From Orbicella franksi (lineage: Eukaryota): 64,000 nt of DNA. The stretch covers positions 31,806,001 through 31,870,000 of the forward strand of contig OZ116702.1 in the NCBI GenBank assembly GCA_964199315.1. The letters are read 5' to 3'. Under the pieces are notes generated by a model. The model was not told the origin of the DNA and did not search any database. It saw only the letters and a list, made by a program, of their open reading frames with translations. Within the stretch, counting starts at the first letter, position 1. Every line of letters begins with the position of its first letter. Shown here piece by piece: positions 27,823 to 40,300 of this stretch. The position numbers and the translations under genes were made by a program.

Positions 27823-30800
27823 GACAGGAAATTGAAAGAGAGCTTTTATCGATATGATCTGATCATTCACATGCTATTATTTACGGAGCCTGGAGATAAT
27901 AAATATCGTTGATTATTCCTAGAGTTCATTTGTTAACAAAGGTTATTAGTATTCCACATTTGACACAGTTGAAACCGTGGATTATAATTGTTCAATTCCA
28001 GGCGTCAAAGACGTGATATATTGCCTTCAACTGGAGTTCGATTTTAAGTCGTTTTAGATTTCCGAAAGCTTTGCTGAAGACAAGGAACATAAGGTTTTGG
28101 ATGTGTAAACTTAGAACATTTTTCTGTGGCTCGTTATATTTAAGTTTATGACATTTATACCCTTTTCAAGCACGGAAACGAAGTTGTGTTAAGAGGAACA
28201 ATTGTTTTCGTATCACTTGATGCAAATTGCACTTTTCTTAAAGAAGCAGAATTGAAAACACGGATACTTTTCCGATTGTTTGCCTAACTGTGTTTGTGAC
28301 ACACGCGCCTCGACTGTGATTGGTAGAATGGCCCAGCTGGGATCGATTTCTGCATTTGATTGGCTTTTTGCGCGCAGATGGTCCAGGTGCGAAATACTTC
28401 AATAGAGCAGTGAAAGACATTTGTTAGTTATTAGCGTAATTTACGCCTCGTTTAATTGTATTTATACACTTCATAACAATTAACTAGGGCCATTTGCAAG
28501 CGAAAACTGAGAGCTTTTCAGCAAATAGCGTCAGCATTTACTGACTCGAAGTAAATTTGAGGAAATAAACACGGTTGAATAGAACGGTTGAGAATTTCTA
28601 TCATCCTCAAAATAGTTCGGTAGGCAAGCATCTTAAATTTTTTTTAAAAAATAATCATGTAAAATCGCCATAACTATTTTAAAAAATTTAAGACCGAGTG
28701 TTTTCGGGAAGCCTGGTTTTTTTTAGCAAGCTTACGAAGATAAGATCTTTTGTTTGCGGTTTTAGTTGAGTTTCGAGGGAAATCTCCAGGAAATTGTTTT
28801 CTCAGAGGAATATTGCACATTGACTGTCGACAAACAGTGCCTTTTCTACATGACATGTTTACCCATTGAGACAACTAAAATGGCCTCATAAAGCGTAATA
28901 ACATCTATATTTAAGAAGTCAACCGAGACAGAGTGTATTTAGATATTTCATTAATGTAATGGATAATCAATTTATCAGTTAATTAAAAAAGGAGACACTT
29001 TCTCTTCGATTTAATAGCTGAAAAAACGTTTTCGCTCCCTCTTTCACCTCTAGCAATTATTATTTTTTTTCTGACCCCAAGACAAAAACTATCCGATGAT
29101 GTTATTTTTGGCCATGAACTTGGCACAAAAATTATATCCTTTTAAGTGAAAGGTTGCAAGAAGGTTCCAAAGGCAGATTGTTTATGACGACCTGCAGGGC
29201 GGCAAAGTTTACCAATTGGGGCCTGTCGGAAACCACTTGATTGCGCATTGACACGAAATTGTCCAAACGGAAATTTTGTCTCTTTTCATAATTTCAGACG
29301 AATTTTTTGTCAGCATTATACTTCCATGAATTACCAATAATCATTAAGTGACTAAACGACCAACTTAAAACTTCTTCGGACTGTGAAAGGTAAATTTAGC
29401 AGACGTCCCGGTAATGGTTTCAAAACGACAACTTCTGCCCGCTTCTCCGAACATTTGTTTTGTGTTTTTTTTTTCCTACGGCCAAAAGCTTTTACGGAAA
29501 AGACATCTAGATTTATCAACAAAGACCGAAAAAACTAATCGTAAGGCCAGGTTAATCATATGATTTAATTACCTGTGAGGGGTAAATTGTTTGAGTTAAA
29601 GTCTGTAAAGCTAAATTTTAAAAGCAAAACACAATTTTGGTTGTAAATTAGCATAACAAGAAGAACTAGGCTAAAGTGGAATGAAATGTTACGCGCGCGC
29701 GACTTTCCGGAAAACTGTGTTTTCGTGGAATTGAATCTGAAAACAGAGAGGAATTCTTTTCATGACAGGAGATTAAAAATATAGGATCTTAATAAATATC
29801 GAGGGTTGTTTGAAAGATATTCAAATAAAGCGGAAAAAGAAGATAATCTTTTTTGTTTCGTTGATTTGTAGTATAGAATGAGGGACAATCGCACGACAGT
29901 TGTGTAAAATAAAATTCCATATTTACCTTTCAAGCGCACAATATTTCAAACTCTGGCTAGGACTATCTAGCTAATTTCTTGAGGCAAAATAAAAGTTACG
30001 TTGGGGCATTTCTTCAAACTTGGTTTATAAAATTACTTAATTCTTAGTTATGTTGTCCATCGTGATAAAAAAATTGTTTCAAATTTTAAGTTTTTTCCAA
30101 ATACAGATTTAAACCGGAAATTTTGTGTTTTTGAGTGTTTGAGGAAAAGTCAATATCGAAATAATACAATAATATGTAGACATGAGAAAAAATAATGGCA
30201 AATCATAACTATTAGCATTAAACTTTATTTTGCCACCTAGATATAAATTTAATTCGGAATTGGTCGGTACAAATGCAAAAGGTATTTGATGTATAGTTTC
30301 CTCCAGTCGATTTAAGAGTTGGTTACTCGTTGCTGGAGCCATTCACATTTAATTTCGTTTTATTTTGTGGAGGCATTACCATCTTTTCCTCGGCATTTCT
30401 GCGAATATCAACTTCATGAGTGTGATCAGCTTGCCTCTAGGATATTGAATACGTAATAACAGATGAATACACTTGATACATTTTTAATTTGATCGCAATC
30501 GTCTGTAATAAAACTTGGAATATTAGAACGCTTGTAAAATGTGATTACTGTGAGCTTTTTTTATTTTTAGAACTTCGCCAAACTATTATTCTGTGGCTTG
30601 TGGATTCGAAATTGAAACTGTTCGAGAGAATACTGAGCCGAATTCGCCGCCTTCTTGTTATTCCATATTTCGTCGATTCAATGATACAACTGGAATGAAC
30701 ATGGTTTTAAGATCTTCACGCCAAAAAGTTCCGTTGAAAAGATTCCAGTGTGCTTCTCACTGCGGGGTTCTTTCACTTAAGTATACTCGGTATAATTATG

Positions 30801-33570
30801 TTAAGAGACCACCTTTTCAATAAAATCAATCTCACTTGTGCCGTTTTTCACCTGTAAAGCTGGCTTTACGCTTCGCTATACGAACATTTTCCAATTGAAA
30901 CTTATGCTTTCCAAGGATCATTGTTCAGTAGTTTCATTCGAACCGCGTTATTTGCCACCGAAAGCTGTGGTGAAGAACCGCCCTATTTTCGTTCGCACTT
31001 CAACTCTCGGATTCAACAAGTCACGCATTTTAATGTAAAAACTAAAAAAAAGCCCACTTCGTAAAAACGAAGAACTGTGGTTTATATTCATTGTAACACA
31101 AATTTCAAGATTGAGAGGGGTTAAGTGCATAGTTGTATTTAGTTTTTATGTAAGTTCTTCTCTACATGAATTGATGTGAAGACTTTCACGTCCTTCTGAC
31201 ATCCCCCTTCTTTCAAAACAGGCCTTTTTCAAAAGAGTTTGATAAATTCAAGATAGATCGCAAAGTTCTTTATCTCGTAAAAGCGTTAAGTTTGTTTATA
31301 AAAAAAGGAAAACTTAAACACACGCCACATGATCTAATGCCCGTATCAATTCATGCCGAAAGTTCATACAGTTGATATTCAAATAATTGAGCCTTAGTAT
31401 ACTCTTAAAAGCTTGCTGAGGGAACTAAATCACATTGAATTAAGTGTTTAACTTTGTCGGAAGCTTACAGGATATCTTTCACTTCACGCTTCGCACGAAA
31501 GGTTCCGCCCCTTAACCCTTACATAGGATTTTTAATGGGCTTAAGTGATCTTTTATCTCCGAACAAAATCTCCAGCATTGAACCGTAATAATTTTACAAG
31601 GCAAAAGATAAACCGCTACTTTCTGTGGCAAATTAATTAAACTTGAAGATCTCGTGTGATTTCAGTTGCCTTATTAGTTAATTCTCTCCATCCAGCTTAG
31701 AATATAACTGGATGAAGTTACTATTTTGTCGAGTTTTGTTTCGGTGCAAACACTGAAACGGTTACGGTTGAAGAACAAGACCACCTGTGGGTTTCACAAC
31801 GGTTCACGCAATTACTAATGTTGTGTTGTTTAGCGTGCACCACAGTGAGTTCTAGACTTTGAGTTTGATACTAAATATTTGTCTAACAGCGCGAATAATT
31901 AGTATAGCACCGCGTTAGTTTGATTCATTAGATATTAGCACCTGCGTGATAAGCCCATTAAGCGCAAAATGTAACCCCTCATTACACAATGCCCAATTGA
32001 GAATTGGCCGTGAAAGGAAGATTGTGTCTTAAGAATAATCAGCGTTTTTTCTCCCGAATGGGCATTAAGAAGCGTTTTATAAACTAATGAATTGTCTGAA
32101 ACACTGAGAAGGACGAACAAGGATAAAACCGTAAAGCACATAGCTTCTTCCATGTATTTATGTATAGCACTGACATTAGAATAAATACCAACTGTGTATC
32201 ACAAATGTCAATACCATTGATATGTCGCACGTTACTTTATGATACATGAACATAAGTTGTGAGGGGGTCGAGGATTTTATATTATTTTGCGTTTTAAAAG
32301 AGAAACACGCTTGCATCTGCTCGGTGTTCAAACAAAGAAAGCTTAAGTTATTAAGTTAATTGTCGATGACAAAGCTAGTCTTGATCGTCTAATCACTGTT
32401 CAGGCCACCGACAAAAATTGTTAGAAATTTTAACTGCTTCGTACCGGATTTAAAACTTTAAAGAGTTAGCGTTTAAAAGCACTTACACTGCATCTTCAGC
32501 TGAGCCAGAGATGCTGTGAGAATATGTACCGCCATATAGTTATTGAACTTTTTTATTATTACATTTAACTTCACTTTAAGGAAGTCGTGTTTCTTTTTTT
32601 CATCTTTGACGTTAACATATCGCTGATTTCAAATGTGTATTGTTATTGCCCAGAATTTTATTGAAATTTGATTTAACATTCATACTTCATCAATCCAACA
32701 TACAAGCAATTGCTTGTGTCGTTGGTAGCAAGATAATTATTGATTACTCTTAATACAAAGAAAAAAAAGCGTCGAAGTTTAGTCGCAAAATAAATCTCTT
32801 AGTTCTTGCTGCCCATGAAATTTCTTGTGCTGTTTCTAATCGAAAACAGTCAGTTTTCGTTTTGTATCTTAAAATTTCGAGAAAACTCCAGATCGACAAG
32901 TTTTTTTTTAAACTTACAGAACGGTATCGAGAAAAGTTTCGAGATCGCCGGGGTATCAGTCAGTAAGCTGCGTTCTCAGTAGGATTTTTGATCGCTTTTC
33001 AGGACTGAGCCCAAAGTAAGCACTGCTAAGTCTGTTAATGGATGTTCAGGCACTTACCGCTAAAACGTTTGTTTTAAAAACGACAAGAAATCAGTTAGCC
33101 TTTCTCAACAAGCTCACTTTAGCTCAATTGTACGGCATAAAATATGGCCACGACTGGAGAAGGGAGCAAATTATCCTAAAATGTGAGCCATGATCTAATG
33201 AACGCTCGTCCATTAGCCCGCAGGATCAATTTTTTTTGGTGAGTTTTCCCGGCCTTTAAAGTGCATTTTGCCTTTAATCGATTTTTCAAATTGGGGCGGA
33301 ATAAGTTTGCCCTAGTGTGTACATTTCCTGCAAGCTGTTGTTGAGTATTTGCTCATAACATGTCATTAACGATTGAAACTTTTTTATGTAACAGCGGAAA
33401 TGTTTTCCCATCGGCAAGATCGGCGCCAACAATTAAAGTGCTCTGTTTTATGGCCTTAAGGCCTCTCAACCCGAAATCTTCTTTTGGATCGATGCGCTTA
33501 GATAACCAAAAAGGCAAAAGTCACGCTAGAATCAAAGGTCATAGGATGAAAATTACAATTCATCTGATTA

Positions 33571-33750
33571 AATATTTTACAAGGCTAAAATTGTTTAAAA
33601 ATGGCTAAAAAGTAAAGAAACAGACCTTTTTGACATAATGCCATCTTCAGATGACATGATGGGAAATTACATTATTTCGAAAACGTTTGTGTGTTTTTTT
33701 TCTCTTAATTTTTTAGCCATTTTTAAACATTTTTAGCCTTGTAAAACATT
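33571..33750. repeat. ~45-bp inverted repeat (MITE-like)
   Basis: AATATTTTACAAGGCTAAAATTGTTTAAAAATGGCTAAAAA (33571-33611) and TTTTTAGCCATTTTTAAACATTTTTAGCCTTGTAAAACATT (33710-33750). Confidence 0.7.
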
Positions 33751-34351
33751 TTCACATCGCATCAATCGAATTTTGTGGATACAATTGATCTGTTATCAAA
33801 GTTTGATACTTTAAAGAATTTACAGAATAAGACTCTTAAGAGCAATAAACCCGCAGTTGCTTTTTGTTCTGTCATTTCAAACTGGGTGTGAATTTGGCGG
33901 AAAACAGTGTTTATAAGAATCTGATGCGAAATCATTTCCGTAAAAGGTGATCCTCAATTGATGCGCTCATCTATTTGTCTGTGTAACATGTTCAGTTAAG
34001 GCGGCTACCGAAAATGCTCTCTTAAGTATATGGAAAACTGAAAAATTACCCTGGTTCCTTGCGTCCAAGAAAATTTACCTTCGTTCCAAAATGCAGTTTT
34101 TACAAACAGAAACTGTGCGGGCATGATTTTGCGTGTCTAATGCAAACCATCCATTGAACGTGAGTAAAGGAAAGAAAAAGTTTGCACTTTTCCACTCAGT
34201 CTGATCAAAGTTGGGCGCGAACAATTCAAAATTATTGCTTTAATCGGAATATAAAGTTAAAGGGTTACTGAGAAAACATTCCAGCTAATGGCAGGGTCTA
34301 ACAGAGTTAGAGTGTTGCACCCAAAGAACTTTTAAACTGCTTCTTTGGGAA

Positions 34352-34600
34352 CAGGGACATTGCAGTGGTGATAGCGCTCGCCTCCCACCAATGTGGCTCG
34401 GGTTCGATTCCGGCCCGGTGCCATATGTTAGTTTGTTGTTGGTTCTCGCTTTCCTCCGACGGTTTTTTCCGGGTTCTCCGGTTTTCCTCCCTCTACAAAA
34501 ACCAGCATCTCCTAATTTCAATTCGGCCACGATAGAAGACCGCCATGAAAACCAGTTAAAGCTGATGTGGCTTCTTCTCTAAATATTGTACAATTTATTT
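34352..34600 (+). mobile_element. tRNA-derived SINE
   Basis: A-box-like GCAGTGGTGA, B box GGTTCGATTCC (34401-34411), body GTTTGTTGTTGGTTCTCG..CCGGGTTCTCCGGTTTTCCTCC and AT tail. A homologous inverted copy lies at 49395-49626. Confidence 0.82.
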
Positions 34601-35537
34601 AAAAAGAGTATTGAATATAGTCCTTGAAACATTTGAAACAGAAACTGATGCCGGCCCGGAATATCACACCACAAATAGGAACGAGAGAGCCACTCCCCTA
34701 TCATATATTTCCGATATATCGTATATCAACTGCGTAAAAAAAAAAGCAACTTAGAGTCTCCAATACCCCAGCATACGATGAGTAACGGAGTGTTCTCAAA
34801 ATTTATACCAAACTCTTTGTGAAAAATGTAAGCCGAGCTTCAAGTTGTTTCGCTCGATCATTGACAACAACATCAGCGTCCCCTCGTGATGCAACTGCAG
34901 CAGCTGCCTTCACCTCTCGAACAAGGATTGTCTTGAGAAAATAATACACAACAAAGAAAAAGCGGTAGCGGGGAGAAGAGTTGACAGAAATATTTCCTAC
35001 ATGCCCGACGAAGGAGGAAGGAGGCGGGTAATTAAATGGAAGCTTTTTTAATTTCAAAAACTGACCGCGAAGCTTTGTGCATTAATCATTGGCCTCTATC
35101 AAGTGTTAATCAATTGTTTTAGACACAAAAATAGCTGCTTTAAACAGATACAAATACGAAGCAAAACTATTCAACTGCCGCGAGTGTGTGCGACCAAGTT
35201 GCTTGTCACAAATTTTGAAAGATTGAAATTGAAAGATAGATTTTAACTCAAAGTTGTCTAAAGACGAAACTAGAGAATCAGTAATGCGTCGTCAGCAATT
35301 TCAGTTGTCGCACACTCGCGCGCTGAGGAGGATGGGTGAATATTTGGAGCCCAGATCTCCCATGGCCAAGCGCCGAACAGAGTGGGATCTGGGTATGAGA
35401 TAAGTTGAGTGACCCCTGTCATCCAATCGCCTTCGGAGGAAAATAACAGAAATGGAAACACACGCGCGTCAAGTTTTGTTTAATGCTCATTGTGACTTAC
35501 TTGGTATGAAGATGCTGTTTTATTTACCAACTGTCTG

Positions 35538-35780
35538 TTAAAAGAGCTACATCACGGCTTGCACCGTCTTAAAAAGTTTAGCCGAATTTTTTAAAGTTCG
35601 TCATTTGTAATCCGTGTTAATCTTCTCCATCCTTAACCATCCTTTTTCCTTTATGGGTTATTATTATCTCTTTTGGAGTTTTTCTATCTTGGTAAACTAA
35701 TAATTTCAGGTTTCCTAATATTTTCAGGTAATTTTTACACGGCCAAAATAATTCAAAATACTGAGACTGGGCTCTTTTAA
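35538..35780. mobile_element. Copy of TTAAAGGAGCT MITE family
   Basis: TTAAAAGAGCTACATCACG ... GACTGGGCTCTTTTAA; internal sequence matches the 6215 and 50796 copies. Confidence 0.8.
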
Positions 35781-37363
35781 CTTGCCGGCTTGGTATGGCA
35801 TGCTTTATTTTGGTTTCGCTTCACAAACGTTCTTACACCAGTGGTGTTTCACAACAAAATCACATATTCTATTTTGTCATACTTCTTTGCACCAACTAAA
35901 CATTTTTTACTTCTTAAACCAAAACAACTTCACACGGTTTAAACGATGTTAATTAACGCACACTGTGATTTGCTAAATATATTTTGAAAATACTTTCCAA
36001 TTCGTTCTATTGATTGACCAAGATAGCGACATAAAAGAGCTGCTATCTAGTCAAATAAGCTACCCCTTTCTACTAAGGTCCGTGACAGTTTCTGTCTAAG
36101 TAACTCTAAGCCAGCCACACTTTATGATACATTCAAATTACGAGCAGGCATAAACACTCTTCACACTTAGCATACGAACATAGATAATACATTCTGCTTA
36201 AGATAACTACTTTTCTTGAACACTCTCGCTTTTTTAACGTCTCAAAGACTATCCAACGTATGGGTAGCAAAAAAAGGCTTATGACTGAGTGTGGTCCAAA
36301 CGCGGTTTTATCTAAATCCTCACGCACTCAGCTCTGCACGCGTTCAGGACGCGTCTGAAATCGACGCTAAAAATAGCATACTGATGACGTAACTCAACAG
36401 AGATTTGTGTTGTGTCGCTCAGTTTTACTCGCCCGCGAGTAACAACCAATAGGAGACAACATACAGATCCGGGAATTGCTACAACTTCAGTATGGAAGTT
36501 TTAAGATCGAAACTCAGATGTCTTTGCAGTGTTGAAAAACTGAGCCCGCGAACACTCGGGTATTTTTAACTCGAGACTTCATGTACAGCTAACTAGGAAT
36601 AGCTAACTCCAAGCAGAAACAAAGGCAACGCCAATACTTGAAAACACGGTACCGGATACAAATTTAAGACCGTCTTTTAATTAAAACGAGAAGTAATATA
36701 TCAAACACGAAAGACCGTGTTTGACCACATTTCCAAACACCGAGGAGAGAGTTGAAAATACGATGCGCAGCGGTGTATTTTTGACGAACCTCAAGATGTT
36801 TGGAAATGTGATGAAGCACTGTCTTGAGTGTTTGATATATCTACTCAATCGCAACTAAACTATAGCGAAAACGGAGAGATAAAATCGTAAAAAATCTATA
36901 CTTATTAAGATCAGATATCCAAACACCGTCACGGTCATGATTTACTTTGTTTAACGTGATGAATTATTAATGAGTTTGAGAACATTCTCTCCAAGTTGTT
37001 CAGTTGGTGCCGAGATACCTACCGTCCATGTTAGCGAGGTGAACGCTTTAAAAAGTGAATAAGAAAATTCCTGAATTACTGCAAGGAACTGCCTCCTGAC
37101 TGGAGAGAATACAGTGTCGATATGTCTGGGATTCCATGTCTTTTAAGCGCTAATACATATTTTATTTTCGATATAAACTGTCCGTTCGATGACGCCATAG
37201 AAGTCACTGTACATCTCAAGGTTAAACGCCTGCAATCTGTACCAAATATGGTGATTCGCGCTGCAGGGTACACGTGACATTCACGTGGTATTATACAACC
37301 AATGGCAGAATAGCAGAACCACGATGTATCACACCTTCTTCAATTGCAAAAATAAACTAATAT

Positions 37364-40300
37364 TCAAAGACTTGCGTGTGGTTTTTCCACTTTGTGTGGG
37401 TCTTGATCGACTGTCACGCCACTGAAGAAACCCGACGAGTAGCGTAAGCTCTTCTTCCTTTGTGCGATCGCTTCCCGGTCGCATTTTCCGAACTCTTCTT
37501 CGAGTCTTCGGCGTGAACGACGCGACTTGCGTTGCGAGGAGTTTAGAGATGTGTCCATGGACCTGTTGATGGAGTGGTCTTCTTCGAATGGTGATTTGCT
37601 CTACAGCAGATAACAAAAAAGAGATTGAAGAGAAGTGAACGAACGGTGGCCGCGGGCATAAATGGCATATTTTTGTCAGTTCATGAAATAAAACTCAATG
37701 AGCTTTATAATCATAATGAGCGATTAGAGAGGACTTTTTCGCTGGAAAATCCGTCAGATTAAAATGGGACAAAGACGGCGCAGAGATTCTACTGCTGAAA
37801 TCTGAGAGATACTTCCTGAAGGGAAAATCTAGAATCGCACTTTTAGTCCCCACTTCCACGAGAAAATTTACAAACGAAAAATAAGAATAATTAGCATCGG
37901 CGTTTGGTACTGAAGTACGCCTAGTCCTCGCATCTTAAATATCTGAGAACTTAAATTCGTAAAAGAAAAACGCAGGAATTGAATTTTCTGAAAGACTTTA
38001 ATAATTGATATTGATTTTTTCCTCTGCGCAAAAAGACCTAACCGCTGAGATAACGAGTCTAAGGGTGTTATCTATTAACGGAAGTTCGACTGTGAAACAA
38101 TTCATGTTTCAGTAAATAACTAACCTTGAACTCATAAGGCCGGGAGCGTTCTTTTGCATTGCTATATGGCGGAGGCGAATCCGCTGGTCGATGGTACCCA
38201 GAATTCATCAGTGGCTCTCTCTCAGGAATTTGTTGTAACTTGGAGTGACTCGACAGTAACGTGTCCGCACTCTTGCGCACGCTCGACTTAGAAAATCTTC
38301 TTTCTCCGATGGCCAAGTCGGGCTCTTCGGCTCCGTCCGGACGCCTGTCGCTGGCAGACTCGGAAGGAATCGACGAGTAATAAGACGAGCTTCCTTTCCG
38401 ATTAGGGAACGTTTGCAAGTGGATGACCTCACCCATGGGCGTTTCTGGAATCGGCTCTCCTTCGATGTTCCTGCGATCGAAAGAAAATTTGTTCACTTTT
38501 GGACATCAACAAGCACTAAATATACAGCGAGTGACTGTTGATGAAGATCACCAAGGTCAACTGATCGCGAATGTCCTTCGACATCCGAGAAAGATTTCCT
38601 TGTTAACTCATAATTTTCTGATAACAGGCACACTATATCGTGTGGTTTTTCAGTGCAGAACAACAACCTGTTTGCATGTTATGTGTGTATATTTATATGT
38701 CGTTAATAAAACTGACTAGCAATAAACAAACAAATAGGTGGATTTAAGGTAGGAAATTTACTTATATGAGGTGGTATTCGGTACATAAGTCGACTTAACC
38801 GCGAGTTAAAGGAATATCCTTACCTCTTCAGCACGCTATCTATGGAGGCAGGAGTGTCCATAATTGGGGGTGGGTATTCGGGTTCATCTTCAAAGACCCC
38901 TGTGGTGGAACCTATCCGGGACAGTCTCTTGGATGAGCCGCGGAGATCTGTATTTGACTCTTTGATAGAAGGTCTGGTCACTCGGTACTTCCCGTCAACT
39001 GCATCTGCTCCGTAATACTGGAAAGTAAAAATTACTGAGTGATGAATGATTTTTTAAAAGTTTTAATCGGTAGGAGTATACAAACTAAAACTGCGCGACG
39101 GACAGACATGTTTGGTTTGATTTTCGAAAGGCAAAGTGAAAAAAATTCAAACGTTCAAACGTTCAGGTCAGCGATTTTCAAACTTAGGACACCCTGGCAC
39201 GGTACCTTGGCAACTGATTTTAAAGATCTCAGTGAGCAAAAGAAAAACGTCGAGTTGAAAACGGAGGCAAAGATTCTGAAAGAGGGGCATTCAGTTTCCA
39301 TTATGCAGTGCGACGTTGCAGAAGTATTCCATGACTAGACGCGGAGTGTCGCGCAATGACCCAAATTACGTTGGATGACATGACTAGGGGTGGGAGGGAG
39401 GGTTGGGGGTTGAGGTGGGTGGGGGGGGGGGGGGCGTTGCGTTGCGTTGCGTTCATACCTGAACTGTATCCGTGGTGCTATAATAATTCCGTTTTTCCTT
39501 TTTCTGGATCTTCTTGATCTCATAATGATAGGTAAAATTCTTTACCTAAAATAGAAAAAGATATGTAAAGGCTACTTTCAACCAAGAGTACTTCCATGTT
39601 TTAACAGATTGACAAACCCTACGACAAGATGAATAAGCTCTTCAAAACGAAAAAGGTGTTGAGTCACGATATGTCACGCCAGGTAATTCGTTTCTCATTT
39701 TTGTAACCGAAAGAGCATATCTACGTGACAAAATCAACCTAAGTAGTGTGATCAAACGTGACAGAGTCGATTTAATAGCGTGACCTGACCCCTAAAACCG
39801 GCCCTTAACAAACAAGTCTCTTCGAATAGAAGAAACAAAACCAACTTACATTCTGGTCCAAAAGACAGTACGCAAGCAGCAAAAGTCCCTGCAATAACAA
39901 ATGAAGACAAGGAGTAGTTTCAAACAAATCGAAAGCATCAAGGGTAGACTATCACTTACTGCGTCACAAGTCACGCAATCCTTACCTGTAACGCACAGGC
40001 GCCTGCGAACACGTATTGCCAATTGTTGTTCTCAGGATGTTTGACGTAAATGGCGGCTACAACCCAGGTCCCGGCGATTGCAATAATGAGAATAAATAAG
40101 AACAGGACCGAGAGACTACGGAGAGAAGAAACACTGATTACAAACATCGTAAGTTTAGAAAATTTCTGAAATTAAGATAGCGCTGCAATTTTTTTATAAA
40201 GCCTTTTGTTACATTTAAAATTTTTAAGTTGATTTTTCGTATCGTTTAGCCAAGGGAAAGCTAAGCTTAGTCTGGGAGGCAGCGAATCTAGTGGAGCGCA

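Noticed and set aside
29414-29440. TGG TTT CAA AAC (WFQN) on the + strand as a third homeobox
   Set aside because: Preceded immediately by TAA, followed by DNFC rather than RR, and no upstream homeodomain residues.
34352-34430. tRNA gene
   Set aside because: Only the B box is intact, and a second inverted copy shares ~200 nt of non-tRNA body, which indicates a SINE.
38583-38620. Upstream acceptor (GTTATCAG, 38618) for the 38125-38470 exon
   Set aside because: It introduces an immediate in-frame TGA; the acceptor at 38471 preserves the frame.
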